A stretch of DNA of 64,000 bases from positions 4,712,001 through 4,776,000 of the forward strand of contig NC_087461.1 of assembly GCF_036321535.1 (NCBI RefSeq), in the 5' to 3' direction. The position numbers and the translations under genes were made by a program. This DNA is from Camelus dromedarius. Its lineage: Eukaryota. A model generated the notes under the pieces. It saw nothing but the letters and a program-made list of their open reading frames with translations. It searched no databases and was not told the origin of the DNA. Below are positions 24,514 to 34,837 of this stretch, piece by piece. Positions within the stretch are counted from its first letter, which is position 1; every line of letters begins with the position of its first letter.

Positions 24514-26753
24514 GTGTTCCATGTATTTTGACACACACCTAAGTAATTCAGATATTGCAACTCAGGTGTCACATAAACAGCAGATTTTATATTCATTTCC
24601 CTGCTGTCCCTTGTGATGCCTTAAAAAAAAAAAATCCACTTTTCTCTGTGTGGTTTAAATTCACAGTGACTGGGCGTAGTTCCTTTCTCATTGCCCAAAT
24701 TTCCTTCTCTAAAGCAAGTCACGGGAGTACCAACAATCTGAGATGAGTTGCTTAAATGAAAGATCATAGCTGAAGGTTAGACTTGCCTTTAGATTTTTTT
24801 CAAAGATATTCATGATTCACTTCCGCTACCGAACGCTTTAATTTCAACAAGGCTTGTGGACTCTCGGTTGAAGCAAAACTGACCCTAAATCAGAGCTCCG
24901 GGCATTCACAGAAACCATCCCGAGGTGTGGGAAAGACGGTGCAGGGCTGACAAGCAAGCGTTTTCTCAGGCACCATCCTTGCCGGGTTTCCTTTGATGAA
25001 CCGCTTGTCTGCTTCCTCTGACTCCCCACACAGCTCCGTCTGCTCACCACCCCTGCTGTCCCCATCGGAAAATCCATACCCACAACCTTTCCCAGCCTTT
25101 CATCTGCCCCTGGAGATTCAGAGAAGCCAGCGGGACCTTTGTTCGCTGGGCAACTGTGCTGTCCTTGAGTGTGCAGAAGCGTGGTGGGCGTCACTGAGTG
25201 CGGGAGCCTGTGGGAAGGGGACGCACTGGGCATTGTGCCTCCTGCCACAGGTTAGTGGCCGCCCCTCCCCTGGGAGGCTTGGCTGGGGATCGCCGCTGTT
25301 TGCTGCACTATGTGTAACCTTGGCACGCAGTCAGTGGAGAAAATATTCATTATTGCCTGACTGTCTGCCGAAGACAATTTCAATTATTCTGGCATTTCAA
25401 TGGATGAAGCAGCCCTTTAGGCTGGCCCAGGAGATTAGATTTAAAGGCTCCGTAAATTAGGAAAGTTACAATCAGTGTATTATCTGGCAGGCAGCTGTGG
25501 AATACACCGCAGCGGGCAAAGAGAGACAAATTGCTATATTCCGGTTGTGGTTTTGATATATCAATTTCCTAGTTTAAGACACACATTTGTGAAAGAATGA
25601 TTTTGCATTTCTTAAATCACTTTTAACTGCCTGCGCTGGAAGTTTCTGAACCTGTAACTTGAATACGCTGCTTGCTTTGCTGACGTTTTGTTTTAAAGCC
25701 CAATTTCAGCCGGGGAAAAATATTGCTGGGGACAGAGCTTGGGAATGAATCTTTCCTAAAGTTATTCAAATAATATAATATATGGCAGTTAATCAGAAAA
25801 TTCCATTTGCAGAAATGTGAATAATGTCTCGTATAAAGGCTTTTTCTTTTAATGGGATGTTTTTCATGTCTTTTTTTCCCCTAGATTCACTCTGTTGTGA
25901 TAATTATATCTATATTTTTAATATGTATTATTTCACTGCACCTGTTTGATGTGATAAGTTTGAAAATAAAAATACTCACCCCAAAAACGTGTCCCAATAC
26001 TTTAGAAACAGTTGCATCAATGAGGTCTATTGGTGAATGAGTTTTTCATGATTCTTCAAGTTCTTTCTAAATGTTTTTGGTATCTCAGAACTCTGATATC
26101 ATTTAAACAATAGATTTTTTTAAGCCTTTGTAAAAAAGCCTTCAAAAAGAAATATCTTTTGACACCAATTAATGCTTATAGTTACACCTGAAATAAAGTT
26201 ATCATTTCTTGGGTAGTTTATGCTATTTTTCATTCTCAGGTTTTTAAGAAAAATTGTTTAGCTTTTGGTTAAGATGAAAAATATTTTGGCTTTGAGCTAG
26301 TTTAAGCGAGAATAGTTAAAATATTAAAATTTACTCAAGTCCTTTGTAAAAAAACCCAAGAGACATAAAAGAATACTAAAGTACAGATATTTTCAAGGAA
26401 GTTCATAAACAGTTTGTGGCTTCATTAAGCCCCAAATGCTCATCTGTGAAATTCACAAGTGCATCCAACCCCAGAGGAGGTGTCTTTGCTTTGGAAATAT
26501 TTATATTTATTGGGGAAAGCAGACTGTCTGGTTTGGATAAAGATTCACCCTCCATTTATTTAAAAAGATTTTCAAATTTTAACTTAAGAAATTCATATTG
26601 GGTATTTGTTTGCAGGTCAAAGATTACATTCAAATAACATGAATTCAACAGTATGTCTCTCCGACGGTCCCTACACACCTTGTCAGAAAGGGGTTTATCA
26701 ATCAATAACACGGAATTCTTTTTTTTTTTTTTTTTTTCCTTTCTTGTTTACAG

Positions 26754-26900
26754 AACCAGATTACCCGCCAGGGACAGAGCTTGTCTTGTACAATAAATGC
26801 CCGGGAAGTGTCCTTCATCACAAACACTGAAGTTCGGCTGTGGCCTTACACAGTACATTGTGCCGATCTATTTTCTCATGGGAGCCGTGGGCTAGTCCAG
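26754..26900 (+). other. Candidate 147-nt exon with GC donor
   Basis: T-rich tract plus cttgtttacag| acceptor; CAG|gcaagc donor; phase-0 frame open for 49 codons. Confidence 0.25.
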
Positions 26901-28185
26901 GCAAGCATCTGTAGCTCTTACACGGACAGTTTCAGGTTGGAGAGTTTAAGAGACAACCAAATAGAGTTTTAATGCCCTGTGAGATAATAATGAAAGACAT
27001 TTATGAAAAAAAAAATTCCAGTTAGTTCGAAGGCCGGGGCCCACCCTCCGTCTTTTGACAGCAGATGGCTGGCTGGCTCGACTCCTCCCGGCTTACTTTC
27101 TGACTTGGATTTGTCTCCCTGGTCCAGGGAGATTGTGAGGGCTTCCTCCAATCTGGTTAATGTTCAGAACCAATATTTGAGTTTTAGACTAATTATGGGC
27201 CAACCACTGACATTTCTTCTATAATGTGAAGACTGGTGCCAGCAGAAACTCAGTGAGATTTAACATAAAAGCAAGATAAAACAATTAAAGTGGGAGAATA
27301 TTTGATTAAGCGGCTGACTGATTTATAGTGGGGTAGATTGAAATTGAAGGGAGAGTGAACTTTTTACGGCAATCGTATATTACGTTCATTATCAGAGACT
27401 CTGGGTTCTTTGAGCTTTTGTGATTTTTAAAAAGAAATAAACCAGTTTAAGGAGAGTAATCCTGGCTGGCATCATTTTGGGCTTCTCTTGAGTTATGGTT
27501 TCTTTTCATTGCAAAAGTTAAATAAATCATATTCAAGTAAACCCATTGCAAAACATGCGATCCACATTTAAATAGACAGAAAGAGGCCAGTAGTGGAGCC
27601 ACACACGACAAAGCACACACAAACACTTTTGTTTTGGTGACAGAGCTTGACATATACTCCAATCGTCATTTATTTGGTATTTTCAAACATTGTAGCCATG
27701 GCAACATCCCTTAAGGGGTCTTGGGCCCGGGGTCTAGAGGAGCCATGAGATTTGGTATCAGACCAGAGGAAATTGTGAAACAGCAATGTTCCACATGCCT
27801 CTTCTTGTTTGGGGACTGGTTCTGCTGCAAGACTCTCCTTTACTGGGAATTAAATTGTTTCTGGAGCTTCAGCAGGTGCGTGCTGTGTGCTCTGACAACC
27901 CATCCACAAAAGACCTGGCCCCTTCTTTACGGAAACCGAAATTGCTTTTGCGGGAGCTGTGTTGGTGTGGTAGGAGAGAGGAGAGCATCGGGGGTCTACC
28001 CTCAAACAGAGAGGGGCGGGCCAGCATAGGTGAGGGGGAAGGAAGAGCAGAGAGGCGTGGTTTGGGAAATTCAAAGAGGAAAATGAAACAGCCAAGAGTG
28101 TGTTTTGTTTTCCTGCAGGGTGTTGTGGAGGGAGGATGGGGGAGAGGCTGGGAGGAGAGGCTAGCCCTCCGATGTAGAGACTCAC

Positions 28186-28350
28186 CATGTGAAGCACCTA
28201 CAGCCCACAGCCCGCTTCTCCAGCCGACGCGCTAACGCAGGGCTCAGCAGGACAGCAGATGTCGGACGGGAGAGTCCTGGCTGCATCCGGAGAGTCGCAT
28301 CTCACCAAGTTGTTCCAGCACGGCCTTGGCTCCTTGACCACACATCCGAA
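28186..28350 (-). promoter_or_regulatory. Candidate alternative first exon ending ATG|GTGAGT
   Basis: Minus strand ...gctgtaggtgcttcacATG|gtgagtctc; CpG-enriched non-repeat block; AATATAAC TATA-like element near 28378-28385; 5' end approximate. Confidence 0.4.
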
Positions 28351-29269
28351 TAGCATTCATTCATTTTTACCAAAAGTTGTTATATTGCTCCATTTCAGTT
28401 GTTTGTAGAGAGGAAAAGGCCACTCCAACAACTAAAGACTCAGAGAAAGAACTCTGAGCTGAGTTCTGGCCGACACTGCCCCTCTCGGGTGTGCAGTCCC
28501 GGCAAGACCTGCGCCTCCGGTTCCTGCTCCCCTTGTGCATAGAAGTTGGAGATGCACGTGGGGCTCTGACAGATTAGGACTCCGTGATTCCTGCTTTAAA
28601 GTGAGGGAAAGGGGGCTCCTACTGTCAGCTACAACTGGGGTTGACATTTCTGTGTTTCCCAAGAAAGCTAAACGAGCAATTGGTGTGAGTTAGGGAAGAA
28701 AGTTTCCACTTTCCAAAGGAAGCAGTTGTTGAAATTCCTGTAACCAAGGCACAAAGAGATACACAATGGAGATCTTGGTTTTGTTGTTGTCAAAGGAGTG
28801 AGCAGCGAAACTGACTCCAATTTTGTCAGCATGCTTGTCGTTGCCAAGCGTCCTCACCATGGAGTTAAGGGACCCTCGGTGCCATCTGTTCGTCCCTTCA
28901 GAGATGTGCTTTTGTACAGCCACTGTGGGACATTTCTTCCCCTTGGTACCTATGCTTAGGACATCTGCTTTAAAGACATTCTAAACCAGAGCAGTGATTG
29001 AGAGATGGTGAATCGGAGAGTGGGACAGATGAGGGGGTTCTTACTGGGTAGGGGGCAGTGGGAAAGAATGTTGGCAAAGACTACGTCTATGTCAGTGATG
29101 ATTTCATAGCTGACTCACAAAACTGCCTTTCCTGAAACAGTTCTGACTCAACACTGTTGGACCGTGAACATATTTACATGCATGAGATCCAGTCTTTCAC
29201 CACAGACCCCCCTCCCCCCACATAGAAAACTGAGAAACAGTGCAACTGAAAAACAATGCAATCATTAAC

Positions 29270-29720
29270 TCTAGGAAAAAAGGAAAGCTGGAATAAGAAA
29301 GGAAATGCAAGTGTCCTGCATCCTATGACTGTTTTGAAAAATTTTGCAGAGGAATAAAGTGAATGCTAAATTCTGATGTCACCAGAATTATAATGTGACT
29401 CCCAAGCCTTGGAAGTGTAAGGGAGGGAAAGTAGGATGAACCTGGGAGGGAAAGTCTTTTCAGAATAAAAAGGCAAAGCAGGTAATGACAAAAAGAGAAA
29501 AACCAAGCTATAATGAGGTACTGTTTATGAACATGAAGGTAAATACTAGAAATAACAGCAAAAGAATTGCAAAATTTTAACTGATTGGCTCCAGGAAAAG
29601 GAACTCAGCCTCTGAAGGGTTGGGGCACAGGGAGCTATTTATTTTTCTAGAGCTTGTAGTAATATTTAACTTTTGAAGCGAGGTGTATATACTACTTTGG
29701 GGAAGCATTGGAGAATGTTT
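29270..29720 (+). mobile_element. Ancient L1ME-type 3' fragment
   Basis: A-rich degenerate sequence with gagcttgtagtaatatttaacttttgaagcgaggtgtatatactactttg. Confidence 0.5.
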
Positions 29721-30099
29721 TAAATCTATTGGATGGAAGGCTAATACTCTAAGGAAATGATAATTTGGTTTTGGCAACTGTGAATCCATAGGGAGAGTGG
29801 TCCTCGGATGCTGCGTGATGCCTTGGAGAACCCAGAGGTTTGAGGACTATTGTCAACTTCAGTTGTCAAGGTCCATCTCTTGGAGGATAACGCAGCCCAT
29901 CAGTGACACATTTAGGATTCTTTCCTGGAATCGTAACTTTACTTTCCCTCTTGAAGTCATAGGCCTATGAACCTAGCCTTCCTAAAGGGATGTTAGACCT
30001 GAGAAACCCAGCCAGCTCTTCCTTTTCCTGTCCCAGTAATTTTGCAGATGTAAAACTGAGGTAAATGGAGCATTCTTTAAAGTTAAACTCCTTCCGGTT

Positions 30100-30175
30100 G
30101 AGCTTGTGCTTTGTTCACAGGCCTGGTACAATATCTGGCACGTAGTAAGTGCTCAATAAAAATCTGTAGCATAAA
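30100..30175 (+). mobile_element. L2 3' end
   Basis: gcctggtacaatatctggcacgtagtaagtgctcaataaaaatctg. Confidence 0.75.
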
Positions 30176-30329
30176 AAAAAAAAGAATCAAGGACACATGA
30201 AGAAGCAGCAAGCATCTTCTCTTTCTTATCCTTTTCTGTACTGGAGCCAGAATCTTTTCCAAGCATAACTCTGATCAGGCTACCCTTTTGCCTACGACTT
30301 TGAATGGTTTTCCATCGCTCTTCTATAAA

Positions 30330-30785
30330 GAACAAATTGCATCACGTGACCATTGGGCTGGGTGTGGTCTGCACCCACCTCACCAATTTCATCTCCTATC
30401 ACTCTCTCCTTTTTCTCTGACCCTCATGCTCACACCTTGCTCCAGCCACAGAACCTTGCTGTAGTCTTCTCTCTGCTTGAAATCACCTCCCCTTCTCCCA
30501 CATTGAACTCCTCATCCTTCAGGTAAGCATCAAATCCTCAGAGGAAGCACCACTGACCTTTCTCAGACAAAGTCTTCTTTTTAAGTTTCCATAGCAGCCT
30601 GTTCCTCTGTGTTGTCCAGTTACAATTGCAGTGTGATACTGGTATGTGTGGTAATGTGGCCAGTATCTGTCTCCCCCAGTGGGATATAAGCGCCTGGAGG
30701 GCAGGAACCATGAATGAACAAGAATCTCCACCCACTCGCCCAGCACCTGACCTCAGGTAGTGGCTGGATAATGAATGAAAGAGGA
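30330..30785 (+). mobile_element. L2 fragment
   Basis: ctccagccacagaaccttgctgtagtc...aagcgcctggagggcaggaaccatg...cccagcacctgacctcaggtagtgg...aatgaatgaaa. Confidence 0.8.
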
Positions 30786-32064
30786 AAGGAAAAGGACCAT
30801 GTGCATCCTTAGAGACGGGACCAAAATTGGAGGCTGTCTGCAATTGCTGATAATGGTGGTGGTGGTGGTTTGTGGGCTAATTATGTGTACAGAATACTTA
30901 GATGTTTTTAGAACAAGCTGGTCACCGGCTGTTTTCCTTCTTTGCCTCTCTGAGTCACCTCCTAGTACAAGCATCTCGAGGTGTGTGCTTACACAAATAA
31001 CACACACACACATTCTGAAGCTCCCCGTGCCACCTGTGGCACTGCTGATGATTCAGGAGCCCACCACTTCAAGCACCCCTGTCAAAAATCAGTTTTTTTG
31101 TGAATACTGATGAGTAGAAATTTGCCAGAGTAGGTTGGTGGGGGTGTGAGTGTGGGTGGGGAGAAAGGGAAGATGTGGCGGAGAGACCTAGTATCAGACA
31201 CTCCCAAAGCCTCTGAAATGTTCAAATATTTCAATGCATATTTCAAGTTCTTGAGAAAAGAAGCCTTAAACGTACAAAGGTGTCTTGTTTTGAAAGTTTG
31301 GGGTCTTGGACTATGGAATCCTTCACTGCTCCTTAAAAGCTGCGTGCTAGTTTTGAAATGTGGCTGTTGTGGGTAAAATACTGACTCATACTTTCAACAT
31401 TACAAGAAGCCAATCCATCCGGGCAGCTGCAGAAGCAGCCTCTGACTTCCTTGTAAGAAGGAACAGCAGTCACTGAGAAGTCAAGTCATTGATGGGGCTT
31501 GTCCATAAACAGAGACCTGTCCTATTCCTTGCCATTGGGCAGAAACTCACCTCTCACAATTTTCAGAGTAAAACTGTTTTCTATGGCATGGCTTCTCATC
31601 CTGTTTGTGGTCCAGATGTATGCTCAAATGTTAACTAGCTCAATGTGATTAATACGGAAACTCAGTAATTCATCCGTGTCGAAAATGTGTGATTCGTTTT
31701 CTCAGAGTTATATTTAGAAATCCAGAGATTCAACTGGCTTAGGGGTTTGGATGCAGAACCAGAGCATGTCATGGCAACCCCCACCTCCTCTTTTCCCCAG
31801 GACAAAACAAACTGGGAGACCGTTGTCTAAGGAGCATCTTCAAAGTATGCACTCTTTTCCCTTCATGCCATGCTTCTGCTGATGCGGGAAGCTTCACCTC
31901 GGCTGCCCCAAGACCTTCAAGCTTTTTTTGGGTTCGTCCTCTGTGGTCAAATAGTCATAGTTAAAGGGCTGCTGCTCCCTTCAGCAACAGCAGCAGTCTT
32001 TCCTTGGGGTGCCCTGTCATTTCAAGTCTTTCCTTCTGGATCATTCTTGGTTAATAATATTAAT

Positions 32065-32260
32065 AATATCATCAGTGACAATGATAAAAATAATCAGGGC
32101 CAATGAATACTGAGTTCTTGCCCTACTTCAGACAGCGGGGCAAACCTATAAAGAAGATGATCTTCTTCTGCCTTTTTAGAGAAGAGGAAAATGAGGCTTA
32201 GCAAGCTTATACAACCTGTAAGTAAGACGAGAAGGTGGGACTGCAACCCCTCCAACTTCA
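32065..32260 (-). mobile_element. Degenerate MIR SINE
   Basis: caatgaatactgagttcttgcc...tttttagagaagaggaaaatgaggcttag. Confidence 0.5.
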
Positions 32261-32424
32261 GGATACCATTTGGAGCCATCCCAACCATCTCACTACTGCT
32301 CCTCACCCTTCCAACCAAGGAGAACTGTCCTTCTACTCCGGACAGTTAGGGTCAATTCATTCCTCTGGACAGTTAGGGTCAATCCCATGTTTGTCTCATT
32401 GTTGGCCCACATGAAACCTCTCTT

Positions 32425-32545
32425 GTCCAGAGATGAGCATCTTATGGGCAGGAAGTGGGTCTAATTCCTCTCTGTACCTCCGATCTTAGCTCAGCATCCA
32501 GCACAGAACAGGTGCCTAATTAATGTTTGATGAGTGAATAAACAA
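32425..32545 (+). mobile_element. L2 3' end
   Basis: cttatgggcagg...cagcatccagcacagaacaggtgcctaattaatgtttgatgagtgaataa. Confidence 0.7.
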
Positions 32546-33384
32546 AAGTGCTAGAAAGGAATGATGAGGTCAGTCGATCACTGATTCCCTTTAAAATGGA
32601 CTCTGCTTTCTTCCGTCTTCGAAGAGATGCTTTTACTCTGCCCTCCTTGGCTGTCATCTGTGTATAGAAAGTGTCAAGAAGGTGATAACACTGGAGAGAC
32701 TGAGCCGTGACTCAAGGAACAGTGGTAGCAGAGAAAGTCTTGAAAATCTTAAAAACAAACAAACCAACACACCCTGTTTCCTCTTTGTTGCTTTGGGGAC
32801 GAACTCTCACCTGGTCGCCATGGCCATGCCAGGAGCGTCGTGGGGTTGATTGGCTGACGGGCTTCAATTCACCTGCATTTGAGAATCAGGTTCTGCCTCA
32901 ACTCATTCCCAAATTCTTGGATATTCACCTGTCCTTGAAGCCTTCACTCAGGGACGTAAAAGAGCCATTAACATTTAAGAAGCGGCACAAACCTGGGCGT
33001 TTGCCTCTAGTCCAGTAAGTAGAGGGACCTCTGACCCTGTGATTGTTTTCAGTTTGAGTTGAAAGTGTGGCGATGGCAGTCACTGGGCTATTCTCTAGGC
33101 CACATGGAAAGTTACTTTCCTCGGAGCACATGTATTAAAATTCATGACCTTTGATATTTAAAAAAAGGAATTGATTTGAACCTCTCTTTTTTAAAGAGAA
33201 ACTTCAGCACATTTGAGAAATCTCATCCGGGTCACATGCTGGAGCCTGAGGCAATTTGACAGACTTCTCTCCCCAGCTTCACTTACCTTCTGTGGCTATC
33301 CCTCACCTTGTCACCGTTGCCCCTCTTTGTCCCCTCCCCTGCTGTTCGGCAGCCTGGGTTCATTCCTCTCTTGGGCACACTTTA

Positions 33385-33545
33385 TCCAGCCTTTTAATCA
33401 TGGACATGGTGCCCCCAAATCCAGCACGGATTTCCATTTTATAGACAATGAAATCAAATCAGAGAGGTTGAGTGACTTGCCTAAAGTTGCAGAGCAAGGC
33501 CAAGGCCAGGACTCAGAGTGGACTCAAGTCTATAATCCACTTCCC
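33385..33545 (-). mobile_element. MIR SINE
   Basis: ccattttatagacaatgaaatcaaatcagagaggttgagtgacttgcctaaagttgcagagc. Confidence 0.8.
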
Positions 33546-33919
33546 TAATGACTCTCTCTTACTCTATTTTACAGTTGCATTCTCTTCTGATTAGTCTCAG
33601 CTCTTAATATAAAACAATACAGAAGGAAGAATTGTATTTGAATTTAAATCCTTAGTTGGAATAATGGGAGAAGTATGAATACAGTGCAGTGATGCCATTG
33701 TATACACTAATTTATCTATATGTGACTATTAACCACTTATATATGTACATTATTAACCACTTAGATATTTATATGATTTATAGACTAATTTTCCCTGACC
33801 TTACCTTTGAAATAAATATACCTTTAATATTGTAAGGGAAAAAACTCTCCGCTATTAACTCTTCAAGGATTTTATATTGGTGGCAGAGGCTGCTGCTGGC
33901 TTTTCAATTTTTTTTTATT

Positions 33920-34235
33920 TCCCCGAATCAGAATGCCCAGTTTCACCTGTGTATATGGCCATGCAGTGTAAAGATTATGTTTTCCAGCTTTCTTTGCAAT
34001 TTAGTGTGGCTGTATGTCTGAGTTCTAGCTAATGAGCTCTGATAGGAAGTGTCAGAGACCCGGCTCCTCCCGCCCCTTTTTTTTTTTTTTTGGTGGGGGG
34101 TGAAATGCAGATGTAAAGGCTGGTGCTTGGCAGCCATTTTAGACCATCTGGCAACATACTAAGATGGGTAGGGTGGCAAAAGCAGGAGTTTGGGACACTG
34201 TTGATTGTGGATACTGGCTTTAGTGAATAAACAAA
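33920..34235 (+). mobile_element. MaLR solo LTR (MLT1I/J-like)
   Basis: aaagattatgttttccagctttctttgcaatttagtgtggctgtatgtctgagttctagctaatg...ggctggtgcttggcagccattttagaccat. Confidence 0.7.
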
Positions 34236-34372
34236 AGACAAAATGCTTCAAATCAAATGTGGAAAATATTCTAATTTGCTTTCATTTTATTTCCCAAAGA
34301 AAGTATCTTTTTTTAAAAACTTTTTTTCCATTGGAAAGATCATTAGGTCTATTTATTTATTTATTATTAGGA

Positions 34373-34462
34373 TTTTTTTTTTCCATTGGAGGTGCTGGGG
34401 ATGGAACCCAGGACCTCATGCAGGCTAAACATGCGCTCTACCACTGAGCTGTACCCTCCCCC
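34373..34462 (-). mobile_element. Camelid tRNA-derived SINE (Vic-1 type)
   Basis: Minus strand ggggagggtacagctcagtggtagagcgcatgtttagcctgcatgaggtcctgggttccatccccagcacctccaatgg plus A tail; A-box and B-box present. Confidence 0.88.
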
Positions 34463-34747
34463 AAGAAAGAACCTTTTAGAGGAAACTAAAATTATGCTCT
34501 TGTCCTTGGGTCCTTTTTGGGACTTTCAGGTAAGACTAGACTGTAGTACTGAGCGGGAGTGAGGGCCTCTTCATTCTTTTGTAACATAATTGATGAATAT
34601 TGTCACGGTAACCTAGGAACAGGCAGCTGGCATTTACATTGAAATAACAACTGGTTAGAATGACCTTAATATTTTTATGTTCTAATTGAATTCACATCTC
34701 AATTATTTCTAGCTTAATATTTTGTTTCTCTACATTAGCAGTTCCTT

Positions 34748-34837
34748 AAAAATTGTCAGTTGAGAATTCGGATCTTCTGAGCACAAGTCGACCCTGTAAT
34801 AAACCTTTCTTTGTTCAAAAAAAAAAAAAAAATTGCC
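34748..34837 (+). mobile_element. Orphan 59-nt retroposed fragment with AATAAA, A16 tail and TSD
   Basis: TT|AAAAATTGTC ... gtAATAAAcctttctttgttc (A)16 TTGCC; TSD aaaaattgtc / aaaaattgcc. Confidence 0.6.
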
